Part shown: one piece after another, positions 31,086-40,472 of the stretch
How positions within the stretch are numbered: the stretch's first letter is position 1
How the letters are laid out: every line of letters starts with the position of its first letter
DNA from: Candidatus Latescibacterota bacterium
GTDB lineage: Bacteria > Latescibacterota > UBA2968 > UBA8231
DNA: 64,000 nucleotides
NCBI GenBank assembly: GCA_965221775.1
Contig: CBDCSU010000005.1
Location: 384,001-448,000, forward strand
Reading direction: 5' to 3'
Position numbers and translations under genes: made by a program
Notes under the pieces: model-generated
What the model was told of the DNA's origin: nothing
The model's database searches: none
Seen by the model: only the letters and a program-made list of their open reading frames with translations

Positions 31086-32788
31086 GCGAAATCCGATCTC
31101 CACAGATGGACGGCCCTTGCCGCGAGCTGCCGTTGCCGTTCGTCCACCAGTTCCGGCGTCCATTCCTCGGGCGCCATCCGGGGAATCCCCCAAGTCAGGG
31201 CATATCCGCTGTTCTCGTAGGCTGTGCGTTTTTCGCCGTATGTTGCATTTCCGACGGCGCGATTGGCGGAGGCTTCGAGAAGGGTGAGGTTGCCGAGACG
31301 GTACATCGACGCTTCCCAGGTCCCAGGCGGGAAGGACTCGCTCCAGGCTTCCACCGGATTCTCCGGCAGGACATGCTCGATCGTGCCGGGATCCGTGTCC
31401 GGATCACAAGCACGGTCGGCGGCGTCTTCTTCGAGCCGCGCGAGGATGTACTTGGCCAGTCTCCTTCTCGAGCCGCGGGTATTCACGCTGAGGAGGGCGA
31501 AGTCCTGGGCCATCTTCACGTCGTCCACGTAGATCGGCTTCAGGTGTTCGAAGACCTCCGAGGGACCGGCGGCGGTCCTGTCAAGCACCGCCTTGGCCGC
31601 GGCGTGGTAGACGGGTTCGAGGGCATTCGTGTTGAGGCGGCTGACCACGGTGTAACGGCACGAGACCACGCTGACGAGCTTCAGGATGCGGACGAAATCC
31701 TCCCTCATGGACTCCCATGCGGCGAAGAGAAGCGGCGTCGCCTGACGTACTCGAAAGAGGTCGAGTTCGCGGATGAATGGCCTCGCGGCCGGCCATTCCA
31801 TCCAGTAGCTGTGGTTCGGGTCCGAAATCGCGGAGAACAGCTCGGCCCGCCTTTCGAGGTCGTCGAGGAGGGTGAAGACATCCTGTGTCGTCCTCGTCCG
31901 GTCCCGCACCAGCTTGAAGAGGCGCCCGCTGCGAACCTTCGGAAGCTCGCAGAGCATGTGATAGCGCAGGAACTCCGGAAACCGCTCCTGTTCCACCGTC
32001 GCCACGAGGGATCGCCACCGGCGCTGGAGCGCTTCCAGGTCGGCGGCCACGTTCACGCGCGAGAACAGGTAGTTCTTGAGGAGGTCCGTGGTCGTCAGTT
32101 CGAGGCCGCGCGCGTTGAGCGTCTCGAAGACGGTATAGGCGTTCAGCTCGTCGTCTACCGTGATCAGGATGAACAGAAACTGGCGGGCCACGGTCTCGGA
32201 CAGAAGACTCGCCACACCCCTCCCGTCGCCTTGCAGCATGTCCGCCGATTCCAGGCGTTGCCTGAAGTAGTGAAAGCACTCGAGGAGCCGCCGGTTCGAC
32301 TTCGGCAGCCCCCTGGGATTGAGGGGCTCCTTGAGTTGAACGAGGTAGTCCTGGTAGAAGGGATTGTCCGTCTCGTTCAGGTACAGCCGTGTGCTCTCGG
32401 TGAGCGAGGCCGGATCCTTCTCGCCGATGAAGCGATTGCGAAGCTCCCGGCCTCGTTCCTTGTTGGCATCGACATCGATGCCCTGACCGGCCATCGTCTG
32501 CAGCCGTTCGATGACTGCCAGGGCAAAGAGGCTCAGAGTAGCCAGGCGCTGCTGGCCGTCGATGACCAGAAATTCACGGTCACTCGTCCCTTCGACGACC
32601 AGGGCACCCATGTAGTGGCGGTCTTCGGCGCGAGGGCTCAACTCGACGATGTCGTTCCAGAGGTCCTCCCACTGCTCCTGCGACCAGGAGTAGTCGCGCT
32701 GGTACGGTGGCACGCGGTACAACTTGCCGTTGCCGATCAGTTCCATGTAGTTGATCGTGCGAGCGTTCAGGATGTTCGCTTTCGCCAT
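31082..32788 (-). CDS. DUF262-DUF1524 (GmrSD-type) modification-dependent restriction nuclease
   Basis: VPPYQRDYSW, IDGQQR, FETLNARG, HNH-type IEHVLPE...LGNLTLL...N; codon usage less GC-biased than neighbours. Confidence 0.88.
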   Translation of the reverse strand: MAKANILNARTINYMELIGNGKLYRVPPYQRDYSWSQEQWEDLWNDIVELSPRAEDRHYMGALVVEGTSDREFLVIDGQQRLATLSLFALAVIERLQTMAGQGIDVDANKERGRELRNRFIGEKDPASLTESTRLYLNETDNPFYQDYLVQLKEPLNPRGLPKSNRRLLECFHYFRQRLESADMLQGDGRGVASLLSETVARQFLFILITVDDELNAYTVFETLNARGLELTTTDLLKNYLFSRVNVAADLEALQRRWRSLVATVEQERFPEFLRYHMLCELPKVRSGRLFKLVRDRTRTTQDVFTLLDDLERRAELFSAISDPNHSYWMEWPAARPFIRELDLFRVRQATPLLFAAWESMREDFVRILKLVSVVSCRYTVVSRLNTNALEPVYHAAAKAVLDRTAAGPSEVFEHLKPIYVDDVKMAQDFALLSVNTRGSRRRLAKYILARLEEDAADRACDPDTDPGTIEHVLPENPVEAWSESFPPGTWEASMYRLGNLTLLEASANRAVGNATYGEKRTAYENSGYALTWGIPRMAPEEWTPELVDERQRQLAARAVHLWRSDFA

Positions 32789-32892
32789 CAGGCCGCTCCA
32801 ATCGCGATCAGCTCCCTCAGCCGGCTCCCGGGGCGCTTCCCTGGATTAAGATAGGACCATCCTCCCCGGACACCCTTCGAGCCGGCCGGCCC

Positions 32893-33867
32893 TCAGGACA
32901 GCTGCTCGTAGGCGCGATGGACGATGTCGAGGTCGCGCCGGGCCCGTTCCAGGCTGGAGTACGGCGACGCCTCCCGGGGGGAGAGGCAGAGCAGGAAGTC
33001 CCTGGTCATGGCCCCGTAGCCCATGAGGTCGGCGAAGCCCGGGAGGCTGATCCCCCTGCGCCCGGGGCCGCGCACGTGGAGGTAGAGGCCGTTGCTCTCG
33101 AAGAGGATGCGGCCCTCGGCGCCGTCGACGCGGGAGTGCTGGAAGACGCCCTTGCCCAGGGTCGGCAGGTCCCAGGCGTAGAGCAGCTGCGCCTCCAGGC
33201 CGCCGTCCCAGGTCAGGCTCAGGCGGCAGCGCCGCTCGGGTGAGCCCCTCCGGGCCGTGGGGAACCCGGCCTTCACCTCGACCGGCGCGCGCACCGGGGC
33301 CGGCTCCCGGCGGCGCGCCAGGGCCGCGTCGGCGAGGTCGGCGATGAGGGCCACGAAGTGGATGCCGCCCTCCAGCAGGGCGCCGTACCCGGCCTTCCAG
33401 CCCTCGGACTGCTGGGCCGTGAGCTTCTTCACCCGCATGGACTCCACGGCGCCGACGCCGTCCCAGGTGACGATCTCCCGCATCAGGACCTGGGAAGGCT
33501 TGTAGTAGTAGTTCTCGGCGACCATGACGAAGGCGCCGTCGGGCGCCGCGGCGGCGGCCTCCTCGATGCGCCGCAACTCTCCGGCATCGACGCACAGGGG
33601 CTTCTCCACCAGGACCGGGGTCCCGGTGGCCAGGGCCTGCAGGGTCTGGTCGGCGTGCATCTCCGGCGGCGTGGCGACGACCACGCCGTCGCTGGACTCC
33701 ACCAGCTCGCGGAAGCTGTCGCAGACGCGGCCCCTGAACTCGCGGGCGAAAGCCTCGGCCCGCGAGCGGGTGCGGTTGTGGAAGCGCAGCTCCACCCCCC
33801 GCTCGGCCAGGTTGCGGGCGTGGATGCGGCCGATGCCGCCGCACCCGGAGAGCCCGACGCGCTTCAT
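32893..33867 (-). CDS. Gfo/Idh/MocA family oxidoreductase
   Basis: GCGGIG, ATPP..H, VLVEKP, GGIHF. Confidence 0.85.
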   Translation of the reverse strand: MKRVGLSGCGGIGRIHARNLAERGVELRFHNRTRSRAEAFAREFRGRVCDSFRELVESSDGVVVATPPEMHADQTLQALATGTPVLVEKPLCVDAGELRRIEEAAAAAPDGAFVMVAENYYYKPSQVLMREIVTWDGVGAVESMRVKKLTAQQSEGWKAGYGALLEGGIHFVALIADLADAALARRREPAPVRAPVEVKAGFPTARRGSPERRCRLSLTWDGGLEAQLLYAWDLPTLGKGVFQHSRVDGAEGRILFESNGLYLHVRGPGRRGISLPGFADLMGYGAMTRDFLLCLSPREASPYSSLERARRDLDIVHRAYEQLS

Positions 33868-35366
33868 CCCCGCTCCTTCCCGGCGATGGCCGGGGCCACG
33901 CGCAGGGCGTTGGCGGCGATCGTCAGGCTCGGGTTGACGCCGCCGCTGGCGGCAAAGCAGGAGCCGTCCACGACCCACAGGTTGTCCACCCCCCAGAGCC
34001 GGCATTGCGGGTCCAGGGCGCCCTCGTGGGGAGACTCGGCCATGCCCACGGAGCCGACTCCGTGGGAGAAGGTGTCGATCTCGTAGACCCGGGTGGTCCA
34101 GGCGCCGGCGGCGCGCAACAGCCGGCGGGCCCGGGCCACGAGGTGATCCCGGCGGCGCAGGTCGGCGGCGCTGTACCCGTGGTCGACGCGCGGGACTCTG
34201 GCGCCGAAGCGGTCGGTCTCGTCGGAGAGGGTGACCCGGTTCTCCGGCCGGGGGTCGTCCTCGGCGACGCACAGCAGGTTCTGCATGTAGGCGGACAGCC
34301 AGCCGGCGAGCCTCTTCAGGCCCGGGGGCGCGTGGTGGCGGATCACCGATGCCGCCGGAGTGTAGATGTCCTGCACCGTCCCCGTGGCCGTGCCCAGCTC
34401 GGCGCGCAGGTCGTCGTAGAACTCGGTGAAGCAGAGCTGCTTGTGGAAGACCTGGCGCGGGTTCGTGGGGGCGCGGAAGATGCCGGCCACCACGGCGTTG
34501 CAGTGCCGCATCAGGCGCCGTCCGATCCAGCGGCCGCCCGGGCGTCCCCCCTCGCCGAGGCCGGAGCGCAGCAGCAGCGCCGGCGAGTGCAGGGCGCCGG
34601 CGGCGACGACGAAGCGGCCGGCCTCGATCTGGTGACCGGCCCCGGTCTCGACGTCGACGCACTCCAGGGCCGCGGCGCGATCCCCATCGAGGCGCAGGCG
34701 CAGGGCCGCCAGGCCGGCGCGGACCTCGAGCCCCAGCTCCGCCGCCCGGCGCAGCACGGTCACGGCGAGGTCGTTCTTCGCCTCGATCTTGCAGGGGAAG
34801 CCGTCGCAGGTGTTGCACAGGATGCAACGGGGGCGGGACTCGTCGGAGAAGTTGAGGGCCAGGGGGATGGGAAAGGGCCTCCAGCCGAGGCCCTCGGCGG
34901 CGTCTCGCAGCCGCAGGGCGGGCTCCGTGCACGGGACGGGCGCCCGCGGATAGGCCGCGGACCTGCGGGGCTCGCAGGGGTCGGCGCCGGCCTCGCCGTG
35001 CACGTCGAGGAGCGCCTCGGCCCGCGTGTAGTGGGGCTCCAGCTCCAGGTATGAGACCGGCCACCGGTCGAGATCGGCCTCGCGCAGGCGCAGGGAAGCG
35101 CCGCCGTAGACCACGGAGTTGCCTCCCAGCATCTCCATCGGCCGCAGCGGCGCGTACCGCCGGGCGCCGTACTGCCGCACCTGGACCGGAGACGCGCCAC
35201 GGTAGCGGTCGCCGATGAGCACCTGGCGCGGGTCCCAGTCGCCGTCGTCGCGGCGCACCGGCCGGCCGCGCTCGACCAGCAGCACCCGCAGTCCCGCCTC
35301 GGTCAGGGCCAGGGCGCTGAAGGCGCCGCCGAAACCGGAGCCGATGACGACGGCGTCGTACGCCAT
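33864..35366 (-). CDS. GMC family flavin oxidoreductase
   Basis: VIGSGFGG FAD motif, LGGNSVVYGG, CILCNTCDGFPC, HGVGS, NLWVVDGS, NPSLTIAANALR. Confidence 0.88.
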   Translation of the reverse strand: MAYDAVVIGSGFGGAFSALALTEAGLRVLLVERGRPVRRDDGDWDPRQVLIGDRYRGASPVQVRQYGARRYAPLRPMEMLGGNSVVYGGASLRLREADLDRWPVSYLELEPHYTRAEALLDVHGEAGADPCEPRRSAAYPRAPVPCTEPALRLRDAAEGLGWRPFPIPLALNFSDESRPRCILCNTCDGFPCKIEAKNDLAVTVLRRAAELGLEVRAGLAALRLRLDGDRAAALECVDVETGAGHQIEAGRFVVAAGALHSPALLLRSGLGEGGRPGGRWIGRRLMRHCNAVVAGIFRAPTNPRQVFHKQLCFTEFYDDLRAELGTATGTVQDIYTPAASVIRHHAPPGLKRLAGWLSAYMQNLLCVAEDDPRPENRVTLSDETDRFGARVPRVDHGYSAADLRRRDHLVARARRLLRAAGAWTTRVYEIDTFSHGVGSVGMAESPHEGALDPQCRLWGVDNLWVVDGSCFAASGGVNPSLTIAANALRVAPAIAGKERG

Positions 35367-36178
35367 CACCCCCGCGCGGCGGGGAGCACCGCCTCCACGA
35401 CGTAGAGGACCGCCAGGGCGGCGATGATGACCAGGGCCGCGTAGTGGAAGCGCTCCCGCATCCGCAACTCGGCCTCGCGGCGCGGCAGGTCGGGGCGGAA
35501 CTTCCCGGACATGTTGCGCTGCACGTAGGTCTTGTAGTACTCGACAGCGAAGCGCTCGAGGCCGCCGTTCATGTAGATCAGGAACCCCAGGCCTACCGCC
35601 GGTCCCCCGGGATTGGCGAAGTAGAACAGAGGACTGAGCAGGGCCAGCACGAGCCCCGAGCGCTGGAACTTCAGGGGCCGGAAGCCCTCGAAGGGGGCGT
35701 CCTTGTAGGCGCCGCCGAGGGAGACGAGGAGGCCGGTGGCATAGGCGGTGACCAGGAAGACCCAGAACCGCTCCACCGGCATCTCGATCCAGAGGACGGC
35801 GAAGACGGCGGCGACGATCGCCGTGCCCGCGGCGTAGCGCGCCAGGTCGCTGTCCACGTGGCGGCCGAAGAAGGTGATGCGCGACGGGACGAAGTACTTG
35901 GCCTGGTCCTCGGTGCGGAAGAAGCCCTTGTAGATCTCGGCCAGGAACCGCTCGAGTCCCATGATGAGGAAGAACAACTGGAACAGGGTCAGGTCGCCGA
36001 GGCGCGCTCGCAATGGCGGAACCAGGTAGAGCAAGGCGAAGAGGGCGAGGTGGAACCAGATGCTGCGCGGGAAGGTCCGCGGCTTCCAGCCCTCGTAGGG
36101 CGAGTCCTTGAAGGCGCCCCAGAGACTGGTGTAGAGCCCGGAGACGACGGTCACGAGAAGCTGAAGGGCCACCGGCAT
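35366..36178 (-). CDS. Uncharacterised polytopic membrane protein with internal duplication
   Basis: Two homologous halves (GAFKDSPYEGW / GAYKDAPFEGF; GLERFLAEIYK / GLERFAVEYYK). TGATG overlap with the GMC gene. Confidence 0.75.
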   Translation of the reverse strand: MPVALQLLVTVVSGLYTSLWGAFKDSPYEGWKPRTFPRSIWFHLALFALLYLVPPLRARLGDLTLFQLFFLIMGLERFLAEIYKGFFRTEDQAKYFVPSRITFFGRHVDSDLARYAAGTAIVAAVFAVLWIEMPVERFWVFLVTAYATGLLVSLGGAYKDAPFEGFRPLKFQRSGLVLALLSPLFYFANPGGPAVGLGFLIYMNGGLERFAVEYYKTYVQRNMSGKFRPDLPRREAELRMRERFHYAALVIIAALAVLYVVEAVLPAARG

Positions 36179-36304
36179 GGGGCGGCAAAGATACCGGCCT
36201 CCCGGGTGGACCGAAAGCCGGCCGCCCCTTTGGCCGCCGCGAGGGACGGTCTTTAGTATTGCCCCCTTTCCCGCCCCTCTTCCACCGACCCCGGAGCCCT
36301 CTAC

Positions 36305-37168
36305 ATGCGACTCGGAGTGGTGGGCCTGCTGCCCGCCGATTTCCGCGACATCACGCCCGCACATCTCTCCGCCATCGCCGGCCTGGGACTGACCGGGGCC
36401 GGCAGCCACGCCAGCGGCGAGATCCTCGGCGAGGCCACGCCCGACCAGTGTGCCAGCGTGCGGGCGGTCTTCGAGGGAGCCGGTATGGACCTCGTGCAGT
36501 TCGGCATCGGCTACGGCGGGTGCCTCTTCGATCCCGACCAGGCGGTGCGGGCGCGTCTGCTCGACACGGTCGGCCGCGGCATCGAGGTCTCGGCCGCCCT
36601 CGGCGCCCACTACTGCCTGATCCGCACGGGGAGTCTGAATCCGGCCGGGTCCTACGCCCCCGGCCCGGAGAACCACCGGCCCGAGTGCCGGGACCGCCTG
36701 CTGGTGTCGCTGCGGCGGACCGCCGCCAAGGCCGAGGCCGAGGGAGTCACCATGGTCGTCGAGACCCACCTGCTGACGATCATGGACTCGCCCGAGACCA
36801 ACGCCTCTCTCCTCGCCGAGGTCGGCTCCGAGCGCCTGCGGGTGGTCATGGACTGCGCCAACCACTTCCAGGCCGTGCACCAGGTCTACGACTCGCGCCC
36901 CCGCCTCGACCACATCTTCGAGCACATGGGGCCCATCGCCGGCTGCGGCCACCTCAAGGACGCGGCCGTGCGCGGCGGCTTCGTCAGCCACGTGGACGAG
37001 GAGGTCCCGGGCGAGGGCGACCTCGACCTCGGGTACCTGCTGCAGCGCTGGCAGAAGATCCGGCCCGAGGGCTACATGCTCCTGGAGCACCTGCCGGACG
37101 AGAAGTACCCCCTCGCCGCGGCCAACGCCCACCGCATCGCGGCGCGGGCCGACGTGGAGATCCACTGA
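36305..37168 (+). CDS. Sugar phosphate isomerase/epimerase (xylose isomerase-like TIM barrel)
   Basis: VVETH, MDCAN, HLKD, PGEGDLD, LLEH. Confidence 0.85.
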   Translation: MRLGVVGLLPADFRDITPAHLSAIAGLGLTGAGSHASGEILGEATPDQCASVRAVFEGAGMDLVQFGIGYGGCLFDPDQAVRARLLDTVGRGIEVSAALGAHYCLIRTGSLNPAGSYAPGPENHRPECRDRLLVSLRRTAAKAEAEGVTMVVETHLLTIMDSPETNASLLAEVGSERLRVVMDCANHFQAVHQVYDSRPRLDHIFEHMGPIAGCGHLKDAAVRGGFVSHVDEEVPGEGDLDLGYLLQRWQKIRPEGYMLLEHLPDEKYPLAAANAHRIAARADVEIH

Positions 37169-37932
37169 TGCCGGCCCCCTCGTACGTGCCGGTGCGGCGG
37201 GCCTCGGTGGAGGTGCTCTTCACGCTGGAGAAGGAGGCCGCCAAGCCGAACGGCCTGCAGTACGACGCCGCCAGCGACCGGCTGCTGGCCGCCGACCAGC
37301 GCGACGGCGCCCTGATCACGGTGGAGGACCCGCGGGGCCAACGACGGCAGAGCGAGTTCGCCGCCGGCTCCACCGGCCCGAGCGGCGTCACCGTCATGCC
37401 CTGGCAAGGGGACCGCATCACCGTCATGTCGGGCACCCACGCCCCCGACCTGACGGTGATCGAGGACGACGGCCAGGTCTACTCCGTCGACCACCGCGGC
37501 GTGGGCACCGGCATCGTCGGCTTCTCCAAGGAGCCGGTCACCGGCCAGCACACCGGCTTCCACGGCCTCGAGTGGGACGGCAGCCACCTGTGGGCCGCCT
37601 CGCCCCCGGCGCGGAAGATCTTCCGCCTCGACCTTCAGCCCGACGCCGCCGGCCGGCCGGCGATCGCCGGCTGCTCGTGGTTCCCCCTGGTCTTCGGCAA
37701 CCGGCCCCACGGCCTGGCCTGGGCCGATCCCGCCCGGCGTACGGTGTGGTGCAACGACACCACTCTGAACTGCGTCTACCGCTACGACACGGTTACCGGC
37801 GAATGCGTGGAGATCCTGGTGCTGCCCGCCGACGCGCCGCTGAGCCACGGCATGACCATCGTCGACGGCGACCTGTGGTACTGCGAGGACAACACGGCCC
37901 GCATCTGCCGGGTCGTCAGAGAATCCGCCTGA
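37168..37932 (+). CDS. Beta-propeller protein (NHL/Vgb/SMP-30-like)
   Basis: Repeated blades KPNGLQYD, FHGLEWDG, RPHGLAWAD, SHGMTIVDG. TGATG coupling. Confidence 0.6.
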   Translation: MPAPSYVPVRRASVEVLFTLEKEAAKPNGLQYDAASDRLLAADQRDGALITVEDPRGQRRQSEFAAGSTGPSGVTVMPWQGDRITVMSGTHAPDLTVIEDDGQVYSVDHRGVGTGIVGFSKEPVTGQHTGFHGLEWDGSHLWAASPPARKIFRLDLQPDAAGRPAIAGCSWFPLVFGNRPHGLAWADPARRTVWCNDTTLNCVYRYDTVTGECVEILVLPADAPLSHGMTIVDGDLWYCEDNTARICRVVRESA

Positions 37933-38030
37933 CCTGAGTCAGATACGGATCGCGGCCTGAGTGGCCGCCCGTCCGGAGCGGGGCGCTGTGCAGGCCGGAG
38001 GGGCGAGGGCTGCTACCGACGGGGCGAGGT

Positions 38031-39041
38031 TCACCCCGGCATGCGCACCGCCGCGTCGCGGCGCTCGCGCATCCCCGACTGCATCGACTCCGGGTAGCGG
38101 AGAGGCAGCCGCGACACCTCTTCCAGCCGGACCCGCGCCTCGTCGGGCAGCCGCCAGCCGGCGGCGGCCAGGATGTCCCCCAGCTGCCCGACGTTGCGGG
38201 CGCCGCAGATGGCCGACGTGATCGCCGGCTGCTCCAGCACCCAGCGCACGGCCACCTCCGCCGGCGTGCGCTCCAGCTCCGCGGCCACGGCCAGCAGGGT
38301 CTCCAGGGTGCGGTCGGCGCTGTCGGCGAAGTAGGTCGCCGGATAGGCCCAGCCCTCCTCCGACCGGGTGCCGGCGGAGACGCGCTCGCCGGGGCGGTAC
38401 TTGCCGGTGAGGAAGCCGCCGCCCAGGGGCGACCACACGACGACGCCGAGCCCCTTGTGCAGGCACAGGGGGATCAGCTCCTGCTCGATGTCGCGGACCA
38501 CCAGGCTGTACTGGGGCTGGTAGCACTCGAAGCGGGACCAGCCGTTGTGGTCGCTGATCCACAGGCACTCCATGAGCCGCCAGGCCGGGTAGTTGCTGCA
38601 CGCCGTGTAGCGCACCTTGCCCTGGCGCACGAGGTCGTCCTGGGCCCGCAGCATCTCCTCCATCGGCGTCTGCACGTCCACGTGGTGGATGTAGTAGAGG
38701 TCGATGTAGTCGGTGCGCAGCCGCCGCAGGCTGTCCTCCACGGCGTTCAGGACGTGGACCCGGGACATGCCCGAGTCGTTGGGGCCGGGCCCCATGGGGT
38801 TGAAGAACTTGGAGGCGATCACCTGGTCCCGGCGCCGCCCCTCCAGGGCGCGGCCGAGGTACTGCTCCGAGAGGGTGCCGGCGTAGGTGTTGGCCGTGTC
38901 GAAGAAGTTCACGCCACCGTCGATGGCCAGGTCGACGATGCGGCGCGACTCCTCCTCGTCGGCGCCGTGGCCGAAGGTCATCGTGCCCAGGCAGATCTCG
39001 GAGACTTTGAGGCCGGAGCGGCCCATGCGTCTGTATTCCAT
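38031..39041 (-). CDS. Aldo/keto reductase
   Basis: LGTMTFG, FDTANTY, IASKF, SLRRLRTDYIDLYYIH, WSPLGGG. Confidence 0.92.
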   Translation of the reverse strand: MEYRRMGRSGLKVSEICLGTMTFGHGADEEESRRIVDLAIDGGVNFFDTANTYAGTLSEQYLGRALEGRRRDQVIASKFFNPMGPGPNDSGMSRVHVLNAVEDSLRRLRTDYIDLYYIHHVDVQTPMEEMLRAQDDLVRQGKVRYTACSNYPAWRLMECLWISDHNGWSRFECYQPQYSLVVRDIEQELIPLCLHKGLGVVVWSPLGGGFLTGKYRPGERVSAGTRSEEGWAYPATYFADSADRTLETLLAVAAELERTPAEVAVRWVLEQPAITSAICGARNVGQLGDILAAAGWRLPDEARVRLEEVSRLPLRYPESMQSGMRERRDAAVRMPG

Positions 39042-39081
39042 GGCGCCTGAAGGTATCGCCTCCGGCACCGGGGCTCCAGCG

Positions 39082-39110
39082 CTGACCCGGTCCCGGCGGC
39101 GGCCTATCTT
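39082..39110 (+). promoter_or_regulatory. Putative leaderless promoter of the deaminase-like gene
   Basis: CTGACC-N17-TATCTT, 6 nt before ATG 39117. Confidence 0.45.
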
Positions 39111-39116
39111 CCCGCC

Positions 39117-40472
39117 ATGGCCGACCCCACCGCCCCCCTGAAGCGCTGCGAGCTGCACGTCCACGCCGGCGGCTGCCTCTCGGTGGAGGACCTGATCGAG
39201 ATGGCCGCCGGCCGCGCCGGCGACATCGACTGGAGCCCGTACGTGGAGGCTTTCGAGGCCTCCTACGGCCGGCGCCCCGACCCGGAGGCCATGTTCCGCC
39301 GCGCCGCCGGGTGCGACCCGGCCGCCGTGGAGGAGTTGCGCCGGCACTACGTCTTCACCGAGGAGGACGGTCCCGACTTCGCCCGGTTCTCGGCCAAGTT
39401 CGGCCTGCTGATCTGCATCGGCCGCCACTACATGAGGCACGTGCCCTGCGGCGGCCGCGAGGTCATGCGCCGCGCCCTCGACCACCACCGCAGCCGCGGC
39501 GTGCGCTACGTGGAGATGCGGGCCCACTTCGGCCGCACGGAGGACCTGCCGGGCTTCGTCGAGTTCCACCGGACCAACGCCGAGGTCGTCCTCCGGACGC
39601 GGGGCGGCGGCTTCGAGCCCCGCTACGTGCCCTCCCTGCCGCGCTCCTCGCCGCTGCCGGCGTACGACCTGCTGCGCCGCCTGATGGCCGAGCGGCCGGA
39701 GCTGGCCGAAGTCGTGGTGGGCGTCGACTTCTGCAACGTGGAGGAGGGCTTCCCCCCCCGGGGCGTGCGCGGCTTCTTCCGGCGGCTGGCGGCGGACAAC
39801 GACGCCGACCCGGGGGCCGCCCTGGAGGTCCTCTACCACGTGGGCGAGATCTACTTCGACAAGTCCCTCGAGAGCGCCGTGCGCTGGTGCCACGAGGCCG
39901 CCGAGCTCGGCTCCCGGCGCCTGGGCCACTGCATCGCCCTGGGCCTGGACCCGGAGGTCTCGGTGCGGCGGCGCGGCGTCTCCCACCTGTGGGAGCCGGT
40001 GGCCGAGCGCCTCGACCAGATCGACTACGACCTGCGCCACCGCCGGGGCCTGGAGGACGCCGGCGTGGAGGTGTCGCCGGCGGCCCTGGAGGCCGAGGGC
40101 GAGAGCCTCCGGGGGCGGGACCGCGCGGCCCTCTGCCGGAGGCCTTACGACGACCGCCGCCTCGACCAGGTTCGCCGGCGCCAGGAGTTCGTCCTCGGAG
40201 AGCTCGCCCGCCTGGGCGTGGTCGTCGAGTCCTGCCCCAGCTCCAACATGCGCCTCGGCAGCATCCCCCGGCCGGAGCTGCACCCCGTGCACCGCTTCCT
40301 CGACTCCGGCGTGGACCTCGTCATCGGCGCCGACGACCCCGGCATCTTCGAGTCGCCCCTGGCCGCCGAGGTCGACTGGGTCGCCCGCACCACCCACCTG
40401 TCCGCCGAGGCCCTCGCCGCGCGTCTCGGCGACCCCCTGCGGCACCGCCTTCGCAAAGGAGACCCCCCGTGA
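39117..40472 (+). CDS. Adenosine deaminase-like metallo-dependent hydrolase
   Basis: ELHVH, YVEMR, HVGE, RLGH, ESCPSSN, GADDP. Confidence 0.8.
   Translation: MADPTAPLKRCELHVHAGGCLSVEDLIEMAAGRAGDIDWSPYVEAFEASYGRRPDPEAMFRRAAGCDPAAVEELRRHYVFTEEDGPDFARFSAKFGLLICIGRHYMRHVPCGGREVMRRALDHHRSRGVRYVEMRAHFGRTEDLPGFVEFHRTNAEVVLRTRGGGFEPRYVPSLPRSSPLPAYDLLRRLMAERPELAEVVVGVDFCNVEEGFPPRGVRGFFRRLAADNDADPGAALEVLYHVGEIYFDKSLESAVRWCHEAAELGSRRLGHCIALGLDPEVSVRRRGVSHLWEPVAERLDQIDYDLRHRRGLEDAGVEVSPAALEAEGESLRGRDRAALCRRPYDDRRLDQVRRRQEFVLGELARLGVVVESCPSSNMRLGSIPRPELHPVHRFLDSGVDLVIGADDPGIFESPLAAEVDWVARTTHLSAEALAARLGDPLRHRLRKGDPP

Noticed and set aside
31086-31193. N-terminal extension of the SET ORF
   Set aside because: Lies inside the DUF262 gene; the GTG at 31085 gives a clean coupled start.
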